A stretch of DNA of 64,000 nt from an uncultured Spirochaetaceae bacterium (GCA_964625715.1 CAZVEF010000001.1:52030-116029), one strand, 5' to 3'; shown: positions 33,831 to 44,916, counted from the stretch's first letter. A program made the numbers and translations. The notes: a model not told the origin generated them from the sequence alone.

Positions 33831-33926
33831 GAGACCTCGTGTGCCAATCCTTCCCAGAAAGTAACAATACGCAGCGGGCTCCGTGTTACCCGAATGAGAA
33901 TTCGTTCACCAAGTGCTATCTTTCTG

Positions 33927-33961
33927 CCCGGGTTGACGTTACCCGGGGGCGTGGGTACTTT
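33927..33961 (+). promoter_or_regulatory. Candidate grpE-dnaK-dnaJ promoter with an inverted repeat over the -35
   Basis: TTGACG (33933-33938), 17 nt spacer, TACTTT (33956-33961), 32 nt upstream of the grpE ATG. The -35 sits inside CCCGGG-N9-CCCGGG (33927-33947). Confidence 0.5.
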
Positions 33962-33993
33962 TTGCTGCGAACGAATCACGCACAGAGGAACGC

Positions 33994-34668
33994 ATGTCAA
34001 ACGACGGAGAAGCGCGGGACGAGGCCGCGATGCCTGAGGAGCAGGCGTCGACGCAGGAGAGTCCGGAAGCGAACAGCGATGCGGAGCAGGTGGAGACCGG
34101 CGCTCCCTCCGAACCGGAGGAGCAGATTACGCCGGTGGATGCGGTCGAGCAACTCGAACGCGAGCTCGCGGACCTCAAAGACCAGCTCCTGCGCAAATCG
34201 GCCGACTTCGATAACTACCGCAAGCGAATGCAGCGCGATAAGGAGGAGTTCGCCTCGTACGCGAACCGCGAGCTGCTCCTCGACATCGTACCGATCATCG
34301 ACGACTTCGAGCGGGCCATCAAATCGGGGGAGGAGTCCGAGGACTTCTCGTCCTTCCACGACGGGATCGTGATGATCGAAAAGCAGTTCACGTCGATGCT
34401 CGAACGCAAGTGGAAGCTGCGACGCTTCGACAGCGAGGGCGAGGAGTTCGACCCGCAGCGCCACGAGGCGATGATGACAGAGGAGTCGACAGACGTCGAG
34501 CACCCCACCGTTCGCGAGGACTTTCAGAAGGGATATCTGCTCAACGAGCGGGTTCTGCGTCCGGCGAAGGTGAAGGTCGCGATGCCGGCTGAGGGCGGCT
34601 CCCCGGATGAACAGTCGGCCGGTGCCGGACAGGCGCAGGAAGACGATCGTTCGAAGACGGGAGCCTGA
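33994..34668 (+). CDS. grpE: Nucleotide exchange factor GrpE
   Basis: An acidic N-terminus is followed by LKDQLLRKSADFDNYRKRMQRDKEE...LLLDIVPIIDDFERA...FDPQRHEAM, classical GrpE blocks. Confidence 0.95.
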   Translation: MSNDGEARDEAAMPEEQASTQESPEANSDAEQVETGAPSEPEEQITPVDAVEQLERELADLKDQLLRKSADFDNYRKRMQRDKEEFASYANRELLLDIVPIIDDFERAIKSGEESEDFSSFHDGIVMIEKQFTSMLERKWKLRRFDSEGEEFDPQRHEAMMTEESTDVEHPTVREDFQKGYLLNERVLRPAKVKVAMPAEGGSPDEQSAGAGQAQEDDRSKTGA

Positions 34669-34746
34669 ACGGAGAGCCGGGTGAGGGCTTGCCTGTCGGG
34701 CGTATAGCGTTGATCTTTGGCGTAGAGAAGAATAGAGGGGTACTAG

Positions 34747-36684
<1,938 letters not shown>

Positions 36685-36686
36685 TC

Positions 36687-37814
36687 GTGGCCAAGCGTGA
36701 CTACTACGAGGTGCTCGGCGTCGAACGAGGCGCCGGCATCGACGACATCAAGAAGGCGTATCGCAGGATCGCCGTCGCGAATCATCCCGACCGTAACCCC
36801 GGGGACAAGGCGGCTGAAGAGCGTTTCAAGGAAGCCACCGAAGCGTACGAAGTCCTTGCTGACGACAAGAAGCGCCAGGCGTACGATCAGTTCGGGTTTG
36901 CCGGTGTGGAAGGTATGGGCGGAGGTGGCGGCGGTCCTCAGGACTACTCGCACGCGTTCCACGATTTCGAGGACATCTTCGGCGACTTCGGAGGCATATT
37001 CGAGCAGTTCTTCGGCGGCGGCCGGCGGCGCGGTGGTCGTCGTGAGAACGTTCGGCGCGGAAGCGATTTGCGCTACGATCTCGAGATCTCGTTCGAGGAC
37101 GCGGCCTTCGGGACCAAGGCGGAAGTCTCCTACCCGAAGCAAGTGACGTGTGACCGGTGCAGCGGCAGCGGCGCGGAGCCGGGAAGCGGAAGCAAGACGT
37201 GTCCGACCTGCGGGGGTGCCGGTCAGGTGCGCCGCAGTTCGGGGTTCTTCTCGATCGCGAGTACCTGTCCTACGTGCGGTGGAGAAGGGACGATCGTCGA
37301 GAAGCCGTGCACGAAGTGCGGCGGCAACGGGCTGCTGAAGAAGAACCAGAAGATCAACGTGACGATCCCGGCCGGCGTGGACGACGGTCGCCGCATCAGG
37401 ATTCCCGAGCAGGGCGATTCGGGTCCGAAGGGAGGTCCCCCGGGAGACCTGTATGTCGTTCTGCGCGTACGCCCGCACGAGTACTTCGAACGCGACGGGC
37501 AGGACGTGTACTGCGTCATCCCCATCACCTACAGCCAGGCGGCGCTCGGCACCGAGCTTCACGTGCCCACTCTCGAGGGCAGGAAGGTCAAGGTGAAGAT
37601 CCCCTCGGGAACCCAGAACAACAAGATTCTGCGACTGCGCAACGAGGGTATTCCGCAGCCAAACCACGGCCGTCGCGGTGACATGTACATCAGAATTCTC
37701 GTGACCGTCCCGCAGCGCCTCTCGTCGCGGGAGAAGTCGTTGCTCAGGGAGCTCTCGGATCTCGAGGGCAACAACACGTCGCCGCAACCCGTTCCCCTCG
37801 CGGACCTGAGATAA
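36687..37814 (+). CDS. dnaJ: Co-chaperone DnaJ
   Basis: J-domain with HPD (IAVANHPDRNPGD), a G/F-rich linker and four CxxCxGxG repeats (CDRCSGSG, CPTCGGAG, CPTCGGEG, CTKCGGNG). Confidence 0.97.
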   Translation: MAKRDYYEVLGVERGAGIDDIKKAYRRIAVANHPDRNPGDKAAEERFKEATEAYEVLADDKKRQAYDQFGFAGVEGMGGGGGGPQDYSHAFHDFEDIFGDFGGIFEQFFGGGRRRGGRRENVRRGSDLRYDLEISFEDAAFGTKAEVSYPKQVTCDRCSGSGAEPGSGSKTCPTCGGAGQVRRSSGFFSIASTCPTCGGEGTIVEKPCTKCGGNGLLKKNQKINVTIPAGVDDGRRIRIPEQGDSGPKGGPPGDLYVVLRVRPHEYFERDGQDVYCVIPITYSQAALGTELHVPTLEGRKVKVKIPSGTQNNKILRLRNEGIPQPNHGRRGDMYIRILVTVPQRLSSREKSLLRELSDLEGNNTSPQPVPLADLR

Positions 37815-37816
37815 CT

Positions 37817-38350
37817 ATGTGGCGGCGGGTGAGACGGAGACGGCGAAAGCTGCTCGCGTCGCCGCTGCAGTCCCGCCTGCTGACCAGGTTCGTTCTGGCG
37901 ATCGTGCTCGCGGTCGTCGGCACGACGCTCGGTTTCGTCGTCCACTATTGGGCGAGCTACATCGCCGGGGAGCGGCTCTACCGCGAGTTTGTCGTCGTCT
38001 ATCGTCAGGAGCAGCGGCGGGAACGCGTGGAGGTCGACGGACGCACCGTCGAGCGACGATCGTACGTCTCAGAGGCGATGCCTCAGACCACGCGCTGGGC
38101 GTTGATTCTCCCGCCGCTCATGCTCAACAACGCGATCATCGCAGCGGTGCTGCTCGTCTTCGCGGTCCGATCTGCGAATCGGCTCGGCGGGCCGGTCTAT
38201 CGCATGTCGACCGATATCCGACGGGCTCTCGCCGGCGACTCGGGAGTGCGGATCCAGCTGCGGCGCGGCGACGAGCTGCGAGAGCTCGCGCTGCGGGTCA
38301 ACGGCTTACTCGAGGCGCTGGAGGCTGCCGAGTCGCGCGCCCGTGAGTAG
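37817..38350 (+). CDS. Two-TM membrane protein consisting essentially of a HAMP domain (no output)
   Basis: Starts 2 nt after the dnaJ stop. TM1 is FVLAIVLAVVGTTLGFVV and TM2 is LILPPLMLNNAIIAAVLLVFAV. The HAMP-like segment is RSANRLGGPVYRMSTDIRRALAGDSGVRIQLRRGDELRELALRVNGLLEAL. Confidence 0.75.
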   Translation: MWRRVRRRRRKLLASPLQSRLLTRFVLAIVLAVVGTTLGFVVHYWASYIAGERLYREFVVVYRQEQRRERVEVDGRTVERRSYVSEAMPQTTRWALILPPLMLNNAIIAAVLLVFAVRSANRLGGPVYRMSTDIRRALAGDSGVRIQLRRGDELRELALRVNGLLEALEAAESRARE

Positions 38351-38442
38351 GAGGGCGGGGCGAAGAGCCGTCCGGAAGCCCGACCCGTATCGGCGCGGGT
38401 TTCCTCGTGCAGAGGCCCGCGCCACCTGCCGACACTGAGAGT

Positions 38443-38874
38443 GTGAACCTGCGTATCGTCCTTGTGACACTGAGCTTCGCCGCGGCAATCGCCGCCGGGG
38501 CCGAAGGCCTCGACTCCGAGGATTTTCCCGATCGGCGCGAGCGCCGGTCGTGGCAGAGTTTCGACCCGGAGGACTATGGAGAAGGCTGGCTGACGCTCGA
38601 TCGGAACGACGACGGCGTGGTCGACTACGCGGTCATGGTAGACGACAGCGGACGGAAGATGCGCGAGGCGGTCGACTTCAACCGCGACGGCGCGATGGAC
38701 GACTTCTACTTCTACGAGAACGGCGTTCTCGCGCGGCAGGAAGTCGACACGAACTACGATCATCGCATCGACGCGTGGGTCTACCTCCGCAGAGGGGTCT
38801 ACATCACTATGTGGGAGCGCGATCGCGACTTTGACGGCATCATCGACGACCGGGAGCGATATGACGGCGAGTGA
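38443..38874 (+). CDS. Secreted protein with four DxDxDG-type (EF-hand-like) calcium-binding loops
   Basis: The start is either GTG 38443 (MNLRIVLVTLSFAAAIAAGAEG signal peptide) or GTG 38407. Loops: DRNDDGVVDY, DFNRDGAMDD, DTNYDHRIDAW, DRDFDGIIDD. Confidence 0.65.
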   Translation: MNLRIVLVTLSFAAAIAAGAEGLDSEDFPDRRERRSWQSFDPEDYGEGWLTLDRNDDGVVDYAVMVDDSGRKMREAVDFNRDGAMDDFYFYENGVLARQEVDTNYDHRIDAWVYLRRGVYITMWERDRDFDGIIDDRERYDGE

Positions 38875-39601
38875 GCTTCTCACCTCGCACCGTGCCGTGG
38901 TCGAGGCGTTGCCGACCTCCGGTCCCGATGCGGTGCTCTACGTCGCCGGAGCCACCAGACGGCTCGACGAGATCGTCAAGCGCGCGCGTCGCTGTGGCGT
39001 GACGGTCCGCAGCGTCAGCAGACGCGAGCTCCTGCGGCTCGCACCCGACGCCCGGGACTGCGCGCTGGAAATGGGCCCTCACACCGGAGCTTCGACGGCG
39101 ACGCTCGAGGACGTTCTCGCGAACGCCCACCCCCGGCACGGGCTCGTGCTTCTGCTCGATCACGTCACCGACCCGCACAACTACGGCGCGATCCTGCGCT
39201 CGGCCGACCAGTTCGCGGCCGACGCGGTGGTCGTGCCCGATCGCCGTTCGGCACCGCTTTCGGCCGTGGCTGTGCAGTCGAGTGCCGGCACCGCGGAGCA
39301 CGTTCGCATCGTGACGGTGGCGAATCTTGCGGCCGCCATCGGGCAGATGCAGGCCGCCGGGTTCTGGGTGTACGCGGCGGATATGGCGGGCCGTCCCGCG
39401 CACACGACGCGTCTGGCGGGTCGTACCGCGATCGTTCTCGGCAGCGAGGGCAAGGGCGTGTCGCGACTCGTCACCGAGCGCGCCGACGCGCTCGTGCGGA
39501 TTCCCATGCACGGTCACGCGGACTCTCTGAACGTATCGGTCGCCTGCGGCGTGCTGCTCTACGAGGTGCGCCGTCAGCAGGGCTGGCTCGACGCGGTGTG
39601 A
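38861..39601 (+). CDS. SpoU/TrmH-family RNA 2'-O-methyltransferase (RlmB-like)
   Basis: Motifs: LLLDHVTDPHNYGAILRSA, IVLGSEGKGVS, IPMHGHADSLNVSVACGVLLYE. The start is taken as ATG 38861, which overlaps the upstream stop by 14 nt; the alternative is 38831. Confidence 0.9.
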   Translation: MTASELLTSHRAVVEALPTSGPDAVLYVAGATRRLDEIVKRARRCGVTVRSVSRRELLRLAPDARDCALEMGPHTGASTATLEDVLANAHPRHGLVLLLDHVTDPHNYGAILRSADQFAADAVVVPDRRSAPLSAVAVQSSAGTAEHVRIVTVANLAAAIGQMQAAGFWVYAADMAGRPAHTTRLAGRTAIVLGSEGKGVSRLVTERADALVRIPMHGHADSLNVSVACGVLLYEVRRQQGWLDAV

Positions 39602-39618
39602 ATGCGTCGCTTCGGCGT

Positions 39619-40869
39619 CTATCCGAAGATTCGTCCGCCAATGTCCGGGCGAAACCAGGAGCCCGGGAACGCGACGTTCTTCGCGGTCGTGTAGGCCCGC
39701 GTGCGCGCGGTCAGGAGCTCCCGTCCGACGCCGACTACCGTGAAGCAACGACCGCCGCCGGTCCTGATCTGTCCGTCCCGGACGACGGTCGAAGCGTGAA
39801 AGACGAGCGCCTCGTGCTCGGGCGGAACCGGCAAGGGGGCTACCGGAAGGTCACGCGGGTAGTCGGAGGGATAGCCGGGCGCGGCGACGACGACTCCCAG
39901 CGCGGTCTGGTTCGAGACCCGGACGGGAAAGCTTCCTATCGTGTCGTGCAGAACCGCGTCGCAGAGGTTGGCAAAGTCACTTTCGAGCAGCGGAAGAACG
40001 ACCTGCGTCTCGGGGTCGCCGAATCGAACGTTGTACTCGAGGACCATGGGTCCGGCGTCGGTGACCATGATGCCGAAGTACAGTACACCCCGATAGGAGA
40101 GACCGGCGTCGCGCAGACCGGCGTAGGTCGGTTCGACGATCGTCGTGCGGATCTGCTCGAGATCGTGCGGGGTGAGCCACGGTACGGGTGACAGCGAGCC
40201 CATTCCCCCGGTGTTCGGACCCGATCCGCCCGCGCCGGCCTTCTTGTAGTCGGTGGCGGGCGGGAGCAGGACGTGGTCGTCGCCATCCGAGATTCCGAAA
40301 ATCGAGACCTCGAAACCGCTGAGCCGTTCCTCGACGACGACCGAGTCGCCTTCGGCGAGAAAGGCCCGGCCCGCCTCCACGAGCCGCGCCGGCTCCTCGC
40401 TCTCTACGACGCCCTTCCCGGCGGCGAGGCCGCTCTTCTTGACGACGAGACGACGATCGGAGTTGTTTACGTAGCGCTCGAGCTCGTCGGCGTCGGTGAA
40501 GGTTCGGAAGGCAGCGGTAGGAATGCCGTAGGCATCCATGAACGCTTTGCCCGTGGCCTTGTTCGACTCGAGCTCGGCCGCTTTCGCCGGCGGACCAATA
40601 GCGGGGATCCCTGCCTCGGCGAGCGCGTCGACGAGGCCTGCCGCCAGCGGCGCCTCCGGGCCGACGAAAACCGCGTCGACGTGAACGTCCGCGGCTGCGC
40701 GTGTAATCGCCTCCACGTCGGAGGGCGAAACGTCGGGCAGATTCTCCGCGAGGCTTGCGGTCCCGGCGTTGCCGGGTGCGACGAAGAGCCCGGAGATCCG
40801 GTTGCTGCGCGCAAACTTCCAGACGAGGGCGTGCTCGCGAGCGCCGTTGCCGACAACGAGCGTCTTCAT
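39619..40869 (-). CDS. purD: Phosphoribosylamine--glycine ligase
   Basis: MKTLVVGNGAREHALVWK...GPNTGGMGS...ATP-grasp blocks. Last gene of a purF-M-N-D string. Confidence 0.95.
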   Translation of the reverse strand: MKTLVVGNGAREHALVWKFARSNRISGLFVAPGNAGTASLAENLPDVSPSDVEAITRAAADVHVDAVFVGPEAPLAAGLVDALAEAGIPAIGPPAKAAELESNKATGKAFMDAYGIPTAAFRTFTDADELERYVNNSDRRLVVKKSGLAAGKGVVESEEPARLVEAGRAFLAEGDSVVVEERLSGFEVSIFGISDGDDHVLLPPATDYKKAGAGGSGPNTGGMGSLSPVPWLTPHDLEQIRTTIVEPTYAGLRDAGLSYRGVLYFGIMVTDAGPMVLEYNVRFGDPETQVVLPLLESDFANLCDAVLHDTIGSFPVRVSNQTALGVVVAAPGYPSDYPRDLPVAPLPVPPEHEALVFHASTVVRDGQIRTGGGRCFTVVGVGRELLTARTRAYTTAKNVAFPGSWFRPDIGGRIFG

Positions 40870-41456
40870 CCGGCCTCCCGACGTCGGGCCTTGAGGCGGT
40901 CTATCGCGTCGAGCTGCTCTCCAACGATCTCCGGATAGTGGCGATGCTCGAGCTCGTGGATGCGGCGCTCCATCTCTTCGAGCGACGGAGAACCGGTCCG
41001 GTCGGCGACGAACCGCGCGAGCACCGGTCCGGTATCGACGCCACGATCGACGATGTGAATGGTAATGCCCATCTTGCCGCCGGCGTCCGCGTACGAGCGC
41101 TCGATCGAGTGCAACCCGGGGTAGTCGGGAAGCAGCGAAGGATGGATGTTCACGATTCGATCGGGGTAGGCCTCGACGATGTGCGGGGGCAGAACCTTCA
41201 TGAACCCCGCGAGAACGATGAGATCCGGGTGGTAGGAGTGGAGCAGCCGCGCGAGGCGCGTCTCCGCACGTCGACGTCCGGTGCCGTAGTTGACGACGAC
41301 CGAGGGTACGCCGAGTCGTTCGGATCGCACGAGTGCGTGGGCCGCCGGGTTGTCCGACACGAGCGCGAGGAGCCGGTGGGCGCCGCCGGAGAGCGCGCGG
41401 GCGATCGCCTCGAAGTTGCTGCCGGATCCCGATGCGAGTACGACGAAGTCAGCCAT
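40866..41456 (-). CDS. purN: Phosphoribosylglycinamide formyltransferase
   Basis: VVLASGSGSNFEAI...LIVLAGFMKVL...NIHPSLLPDYPGLH. There is a 4-nt overlap with purD. Confidence 0.95.
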   Translation of the reverse strand: MADFVVLASGSGSNFEAIARALSGGAHRLLALVSDNPAAHALVRSERLGVPSVVVNYGTGRRRAETRLARLLHSYHPDLIVLAGFMKVLPPHIVEAYPDRIVNIHPSLLPDYPGLHSIERSYADAGGKMGITIHIVDRGVDTGPVLARFVADRTGSPSLEEMERRIHELEHRHYPEIVGEQLDAIDRLKARRREAG

Positions 41457-42393
41457 GAACCAGGCTCCCTATCGCGATCAGCGGTTCGTCGAGCGCGTGC
41501 TCGAGCGCCTGAACGCCGTCGGCGGGGACGATCATCGCGATACCGACCCCCATATTGAAGACGCGACGCATCTCTTGCGTGTCGATGTTTCCGGCCGCGG
41601 CGATGCGCTCGAACACCGGCGGGACCTTCCAGTCCCACGCGATCTCGGCACGCAGGCCATCCGGCAGCACGCGCTCGAGGTTTCCCACGAGTCCACCTCC
41701 GGTCACGTGCGCGGCCGCTTTGATGTGAGCTCGGGCGACCCGCAGCTCGTGTACGTAGATTCTCGTCGGCGTCAGCAGCTCGCGAAGCGCGTCGCGGTCG
41801 TCGGGCGCGACGACCTTCCTTGCGAGGCTGAGGCCGTTTGAATGGACGCCCGAGGAGGCGAGGCCCACGACCCTGTCCCCGGCGACGATCGCGTCCCTGC
41901 GGGGCAGCTGCTCGTCGCGCTCGACGATGCCCGTGGCGAAGCCCGCGAGGTCAATGTCTTCGGGCCCGTACATATCGGGCAGCTCTGCGGTTTCGCCGCC
42001 GGTCAGCTTGCATCCGGCGCGCTCGCAGCCGGCGACGATCCCGGTGACGATCTGCCTGAGGACGGTGTCGTCTATACGGCCGCAGGCGATGTAGTCGAGA
42101 AAAGACACCGGGTCGGCGCCGCAGACGGCGAGATCGTTGACGCACATTGCCACGAGGTCGATCCCGACGGTCTCCCAGAGGTCGAGAGCGCGCGCGACGA
42201 GCAGCTTCGTGCCCACGCCGTCGGTCGTGGATAGGAGAACGGGCCGGCGATATCGCGAGAGGTCGACCTCGAGCCCGCCGGAGAACCCGCCGATCGAGCC
42301 GACGGCCGTGCTGTCGAGACCCGCGAGGTAGGCGGCGAACGCGTCGCCGCGAGCGACGCTGACGCCGGCGTCCTCGTAGGAGCGCGGCCTCAT
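41449..42393 (-). CDS. purM: Phosphoribosylformylglycinamidine cyclo-ligase
   Basis: Trimmed from the 693-aa ORF to ATG 42393, which forms an ATGA overlap with the purF stop. Motifs: SYEDAGVSV, LLSTTDGVGTKLL, HVTGGGL. Confidence 0.93.
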   Translation of the reverse strand: MRPRSYEDAGVSVARGDAFAAYLAGLDSTAVGSIGGFSGGLEVDLSRYRRPVLLSTTDGVGTKLLVARALDLWETVGIDLVAMCVNDLAVCGADPVSFLDYIACGRIDDTVLRQIVTGIVAGCERAGCKLTGGETAELPDMYGPEDIDLAGFATGIVERDEQLPRRDAIVAGDRVVGLASSGVHSNGLSLARKVVAPDDRDALRELLTPTRIYVHELRVARAHIKAAAHVTGGGLVGNLERVLPDGLRAEIAWDWKVPPVFERIAAAGNIDTQEMRRVFNMGVGIAMIVPADGVQALEHALDEPLIAIGSLVHG

Positions 42394-43874
42394 CGCCCGT
42401 CTCCGTATCCGGTCGCCTCGGCCGGCTCGCGCCGCGAATCGGCCATCAGCTCTTCCGGGGTCAGCGGCACTTCCATCGGGTACCTGCCGCTGAAGCACGC
42501 GTAGCAGAAATCGTCGGGCGGGTCGACCGCGCCACGCAGAAGGTCGAGCGAGAGGAAGCGGACCGAGTCGGCGTCGATGGAACGCGCGATCTCCTCGGGG
42601 GTGAGGTGGTTCGAGATGAGCTCCGACCTCGTAGGAATGTCGATCCCGAAGAAGCACGGCCATCGAATCTCCGGCGAGGAGAGCCGCAGATGCACCTCCG
42701 CGGCTCCCGCTTCCTTGATGAGCCGGACGAGAATGCGCGCCGTGGTACCGCGCACGAGCGAGTCGTCGACGAGAACGACTCGTTTCGCTTCGATGACTTC
42801 CCGCACGGGATGCAGCTTCATACGAACGGCGAGCTCGCGCTCGGAGGTCGTGGGCATGATGAAGCTGCGTCCGGCGTAGTGATTCCGCGTCAGGCCGAAG
42901 TCGAAAGGCAGCCCCGATTCTTCCGCGTACCCGAGCGCCGCGCTCGTGCCCGAATCGGGGACCGGGATGACGATGTCGCCCACCGGCGCTCCGTCGGCGT
43001 GGGCGAGCGCCGCCCCCATGCGCTTGCGGGCCTCGTGAACCGAAATGTCGAACACGTGCGAATCCGGCCGGGCGAAGTAGATGAGCTCGAAGACGCACTG
43101 GCGACGGTGCGGCTGACGCGGGAGGAAGTCGCTGCGTTCGCCCTCGGGTCCGACGAAGACGATCTCTGCGGGTTCGACGCTGCGGTACTCGCGAACCTTC
43201 AGGATGTCGAGCGCGCACGTCTCGCTCGCGACGACGGTCATGTCGTCCTTCCAGCCGATGTAGAGAGGTCGAAAGCCGTACGGGTCTCGCACGGCGACGA
43301 GCGAGTCGCCGTGCAGGAGGACCATACTGAAGGCTCCCTCGACGAGCTGGAGCGTTTCGACGAGCGCGTCGTAGAAGCTCGCCGCGCGGCTGCGCGAGAT
43401 GAGGTGGAGCAGCATCTCCGTGTCGGAGGTTGTCTGGAAGATCGAGCCCTCGTTGAAGAGCATCGTCTTCAGCGCCTGGGTGTTCGAGATGTTCCCGTTG
43501 TGGGCGAGGGCGATCTCGCCCTTGTTGCACACGACGTGCAGCGGCTGAACGTTCTCCACCTTGTTGCCGCCGCGGGTGGAGTAGCGGACGTGCCCGATGC
43601 CGGTCGTGGAACGGCGCTCGTCCTCGAGGTAGCGCGAAAGCACGCTCGAGACCATGCCGAGGTCCTTGTAGACCACGGTCCGGTCGTGCTTGCGATAGGC
43701 GATTCCTGCGCTCTCCTGACCGCGATGCTGCAGCGAGAAGAGCGGGAAGAACAGTTTCTCAGGGATATTGGTCGGCGAACGGCTGTAGATCCCCGCCACG
43801 CCACAGTGGTGGCGGAGCGATGGACCGGTCGCCGCGTGCGTCTCGCCGGGTGCCTCTTTCACCCGCAGATTCAT
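42390..43874 (-). CDS. purF: Amidophosphoribosyltransferase
   Basis: A propeptide precedes the catalytic Cys (HHCGVAGI). Also present: LQHRGQESAGI, the PRTase motif VVLVDDSLVRGTT, and C-terminal Cys residues. Confidence 0.95.
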   Translation of the reverse strand: MNLRVKEAPGETHAATGPSLRHHCGVAGIYSRSPTNIPEKLFFPLFSLQHRGQESAGIAYRKHDRTVVYKDLGMVSSVLSRYLEDERRSTTGIGHVRYSTRGGNKVENVQPLHVVCNKGEIALAHNGNISNTQALKTMLFNEGSIFQTTSDTEMLLHLISRSRAASFYDALVETLQLVEGAFSMVLLHGDSLVAVRDPYGFRPLYIGWKDDMTVVASETCALDILKVREYRSVEPAEIVFVGPEGERSDFLPRQPHRRQCVFELIYFARPDSHVFDISVHEARKRMGAALAHADGAPVGDIVIPVPDSGTSAALGYAEESGLPFDFGLTRNHYAGRSFIMPTTSERELAVRMKLHPVREVIEAKRVVLVDDSLVRGTTARILVRLIKEAGAAEVHLRLSSPEIRWPCFFGIDIPTRSELISNHLTPEEIARSIDADSVRFLSLDLLRGAVDPPDDFCYACFSGRYPMEVPLTPEELMADSRREPAEATGYGDGR

Positions 43875-43966
43875 AGCAGATGAACGGGTCCGAAGTCAAC
43901 TGCCGTTCCCACCGAGCGGTGGCCGTGGGCGACCGTCGTTTTCGGGCCCGCGTACGTCGCCGGCCG

Positions 43967-44737
43967 CTACCCGATACCGAAGAAACGCGTCGAGTTGTCG
44001 AACAACTGCTCGGCGAGCTCTTCCTCGTCCATTTCGCGGAGCTCTGCGAGAAACGTGAGGTTCTCGACCAGATAGGCGGGTTTGTTGCGCTTGCCTCGAT
44101 ACGCAGACGGAACCATGAACGGGCTCTCGCTCTCGATGAGCATTCGTTCGATCGGCATATTACGTGCCGTCTCGTGGAGGTTACGCGCGTTGCGGTAGGT
44201 CACGTTTCCGGCGAACGAGATGTAGAGCTCAAGCTCGAGTGCCTGCTGCGCGTACGCCCAGTCTTCGGAGTAGCAGTGGAGCACTCCGCCCCGGCGCGGG
44301 ATTTTCTGTCGCAGGATCTCGAGCACGTCTCCGCCGGCGTCGCGGTTATGGATGACGACCGGCTTGCCGAGCCGGTCGGCGATCTCGAGCTGGGCGATGA
44401 AGAGCTCTATCTGCGAGTCCTTGTCGCCGAACTTCCGGTAGTAGTCGAGTCCGATCTCGCCGATCGCGACGACCCGGTCGAGCTGGGCGCCCTCTTCGAT
44501 CTTGTCCCGCCAGTCGCGTCCGGGGTTCGTGACCTCGGACGGAGAGACGCCGACCGCGTGATACACGTGCGATGCGGTCCTCAGGTTCTCGTAAACCTGA
44601 AAGAAGTCGCGAAGGTTATTGCAGATCGAGAGAATGCCTTCTACCTTCTCCCGCTTTGCTTCCTGAACCACGATCAGCTGCTCAATCGGGTCCTCGTGAA
44701 TGAGCCCGATGTGGGCATGAGAATCGAATAATCTCAT
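43967..44737 (-). CDS. TatD-family metal-dependent hydrolase
   Basis: MRLFDSHAHIG (HxH), ...AIGEIGLDY..., VVIHNRDA, ...LHCYS..., ESESPFM. Confidence 0.93.
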   Translation of the reverse strand: MRLFDSHAHIGLIHEDPIEQLIVVQEAKREKVEGILSICNNLRDFFQVYENLRTASHVYHAVGVSPSEVTNPGRDWRDKIEEGAQLDRVVAIGEIGLDYYRKFGDKDSQIELFIAQLEIADRLGKPVVIHNRDAGGDVLEILRQKIPRRGGVLHCYSEDWAYAQQALELELYISFAGNVTYRNARNLHETARNMPIERMLIESESPFMVPSAYRGKRNKPAYLVENLTFLAELREMDEEELAEQLFDNSTRFFGIG

Positions 44738-44840
44738 AGTTCGTCCGTGTCGATGATCCTAGTGTGTTGAAATGCGAAGTCTGCCCAGAACATATCACTG
44801 GTGAGGCTCGACGTCAACAAATGGTCGTCGAAGTCGCTAT

Positions 44841-44882
44841 TTGACAAAAAGTTACGCGCATGCTACCGTTCTGCCGTATAAT
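44841..44882 (+). promoter_or_regulatory. Candidate promoter region of the M23-bactofilin operon
   Basis: TTGACA (44841-44846), 17 nt spacer, TACCGT (44864-44869). A perfect TATAAT sits at 44877-44882, but 30 nt from the TTGACA. Which -10 is used is unclear. Confidence 0.35.
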
Positions 44883-44916
44883 CCAGGTAAGTGTTCCGAA
44901 TCGGCAGGAGATAGAG

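Noticed and set aside
33905-33925. AAGTGCTAT upstream of grpE, resembling one CIRCE half-site (GAGTGCTAA).
   Set aside because: There is no complementary TTAGCACTC half 9 nt upstream, so this is not a CIRCE operator.
43875-43966. Possible purine/ZTP-type riboswitch or attenuator in the 92-nt tatD-purF spacer, which contains a CCACCG-AG-CGGTGG hairpin.
   Set aside because: I could not find the conserved ZTP (pfl) or purine riboswitch core sequences. There is only a short generic hairpin, and purF may simply be co-transcribed with the TatD gene.
44841-44882. TTGACA-N30-TATAAT at the M23 gene and TTGACA-N30-TATCAT at rpsT (52671-52712), i.e. the same unusual 30-nt spacing seen twice.
   Set aside because: A 30-nt spacer is incompatible with a single sigma70 promoter, and each TTGACA already has a TAnnnT box at the canonical 17 nt. 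The second -10-like box is probably coincidental or a separate weak promoter. It is noted in case transcription-start data say otherwise.
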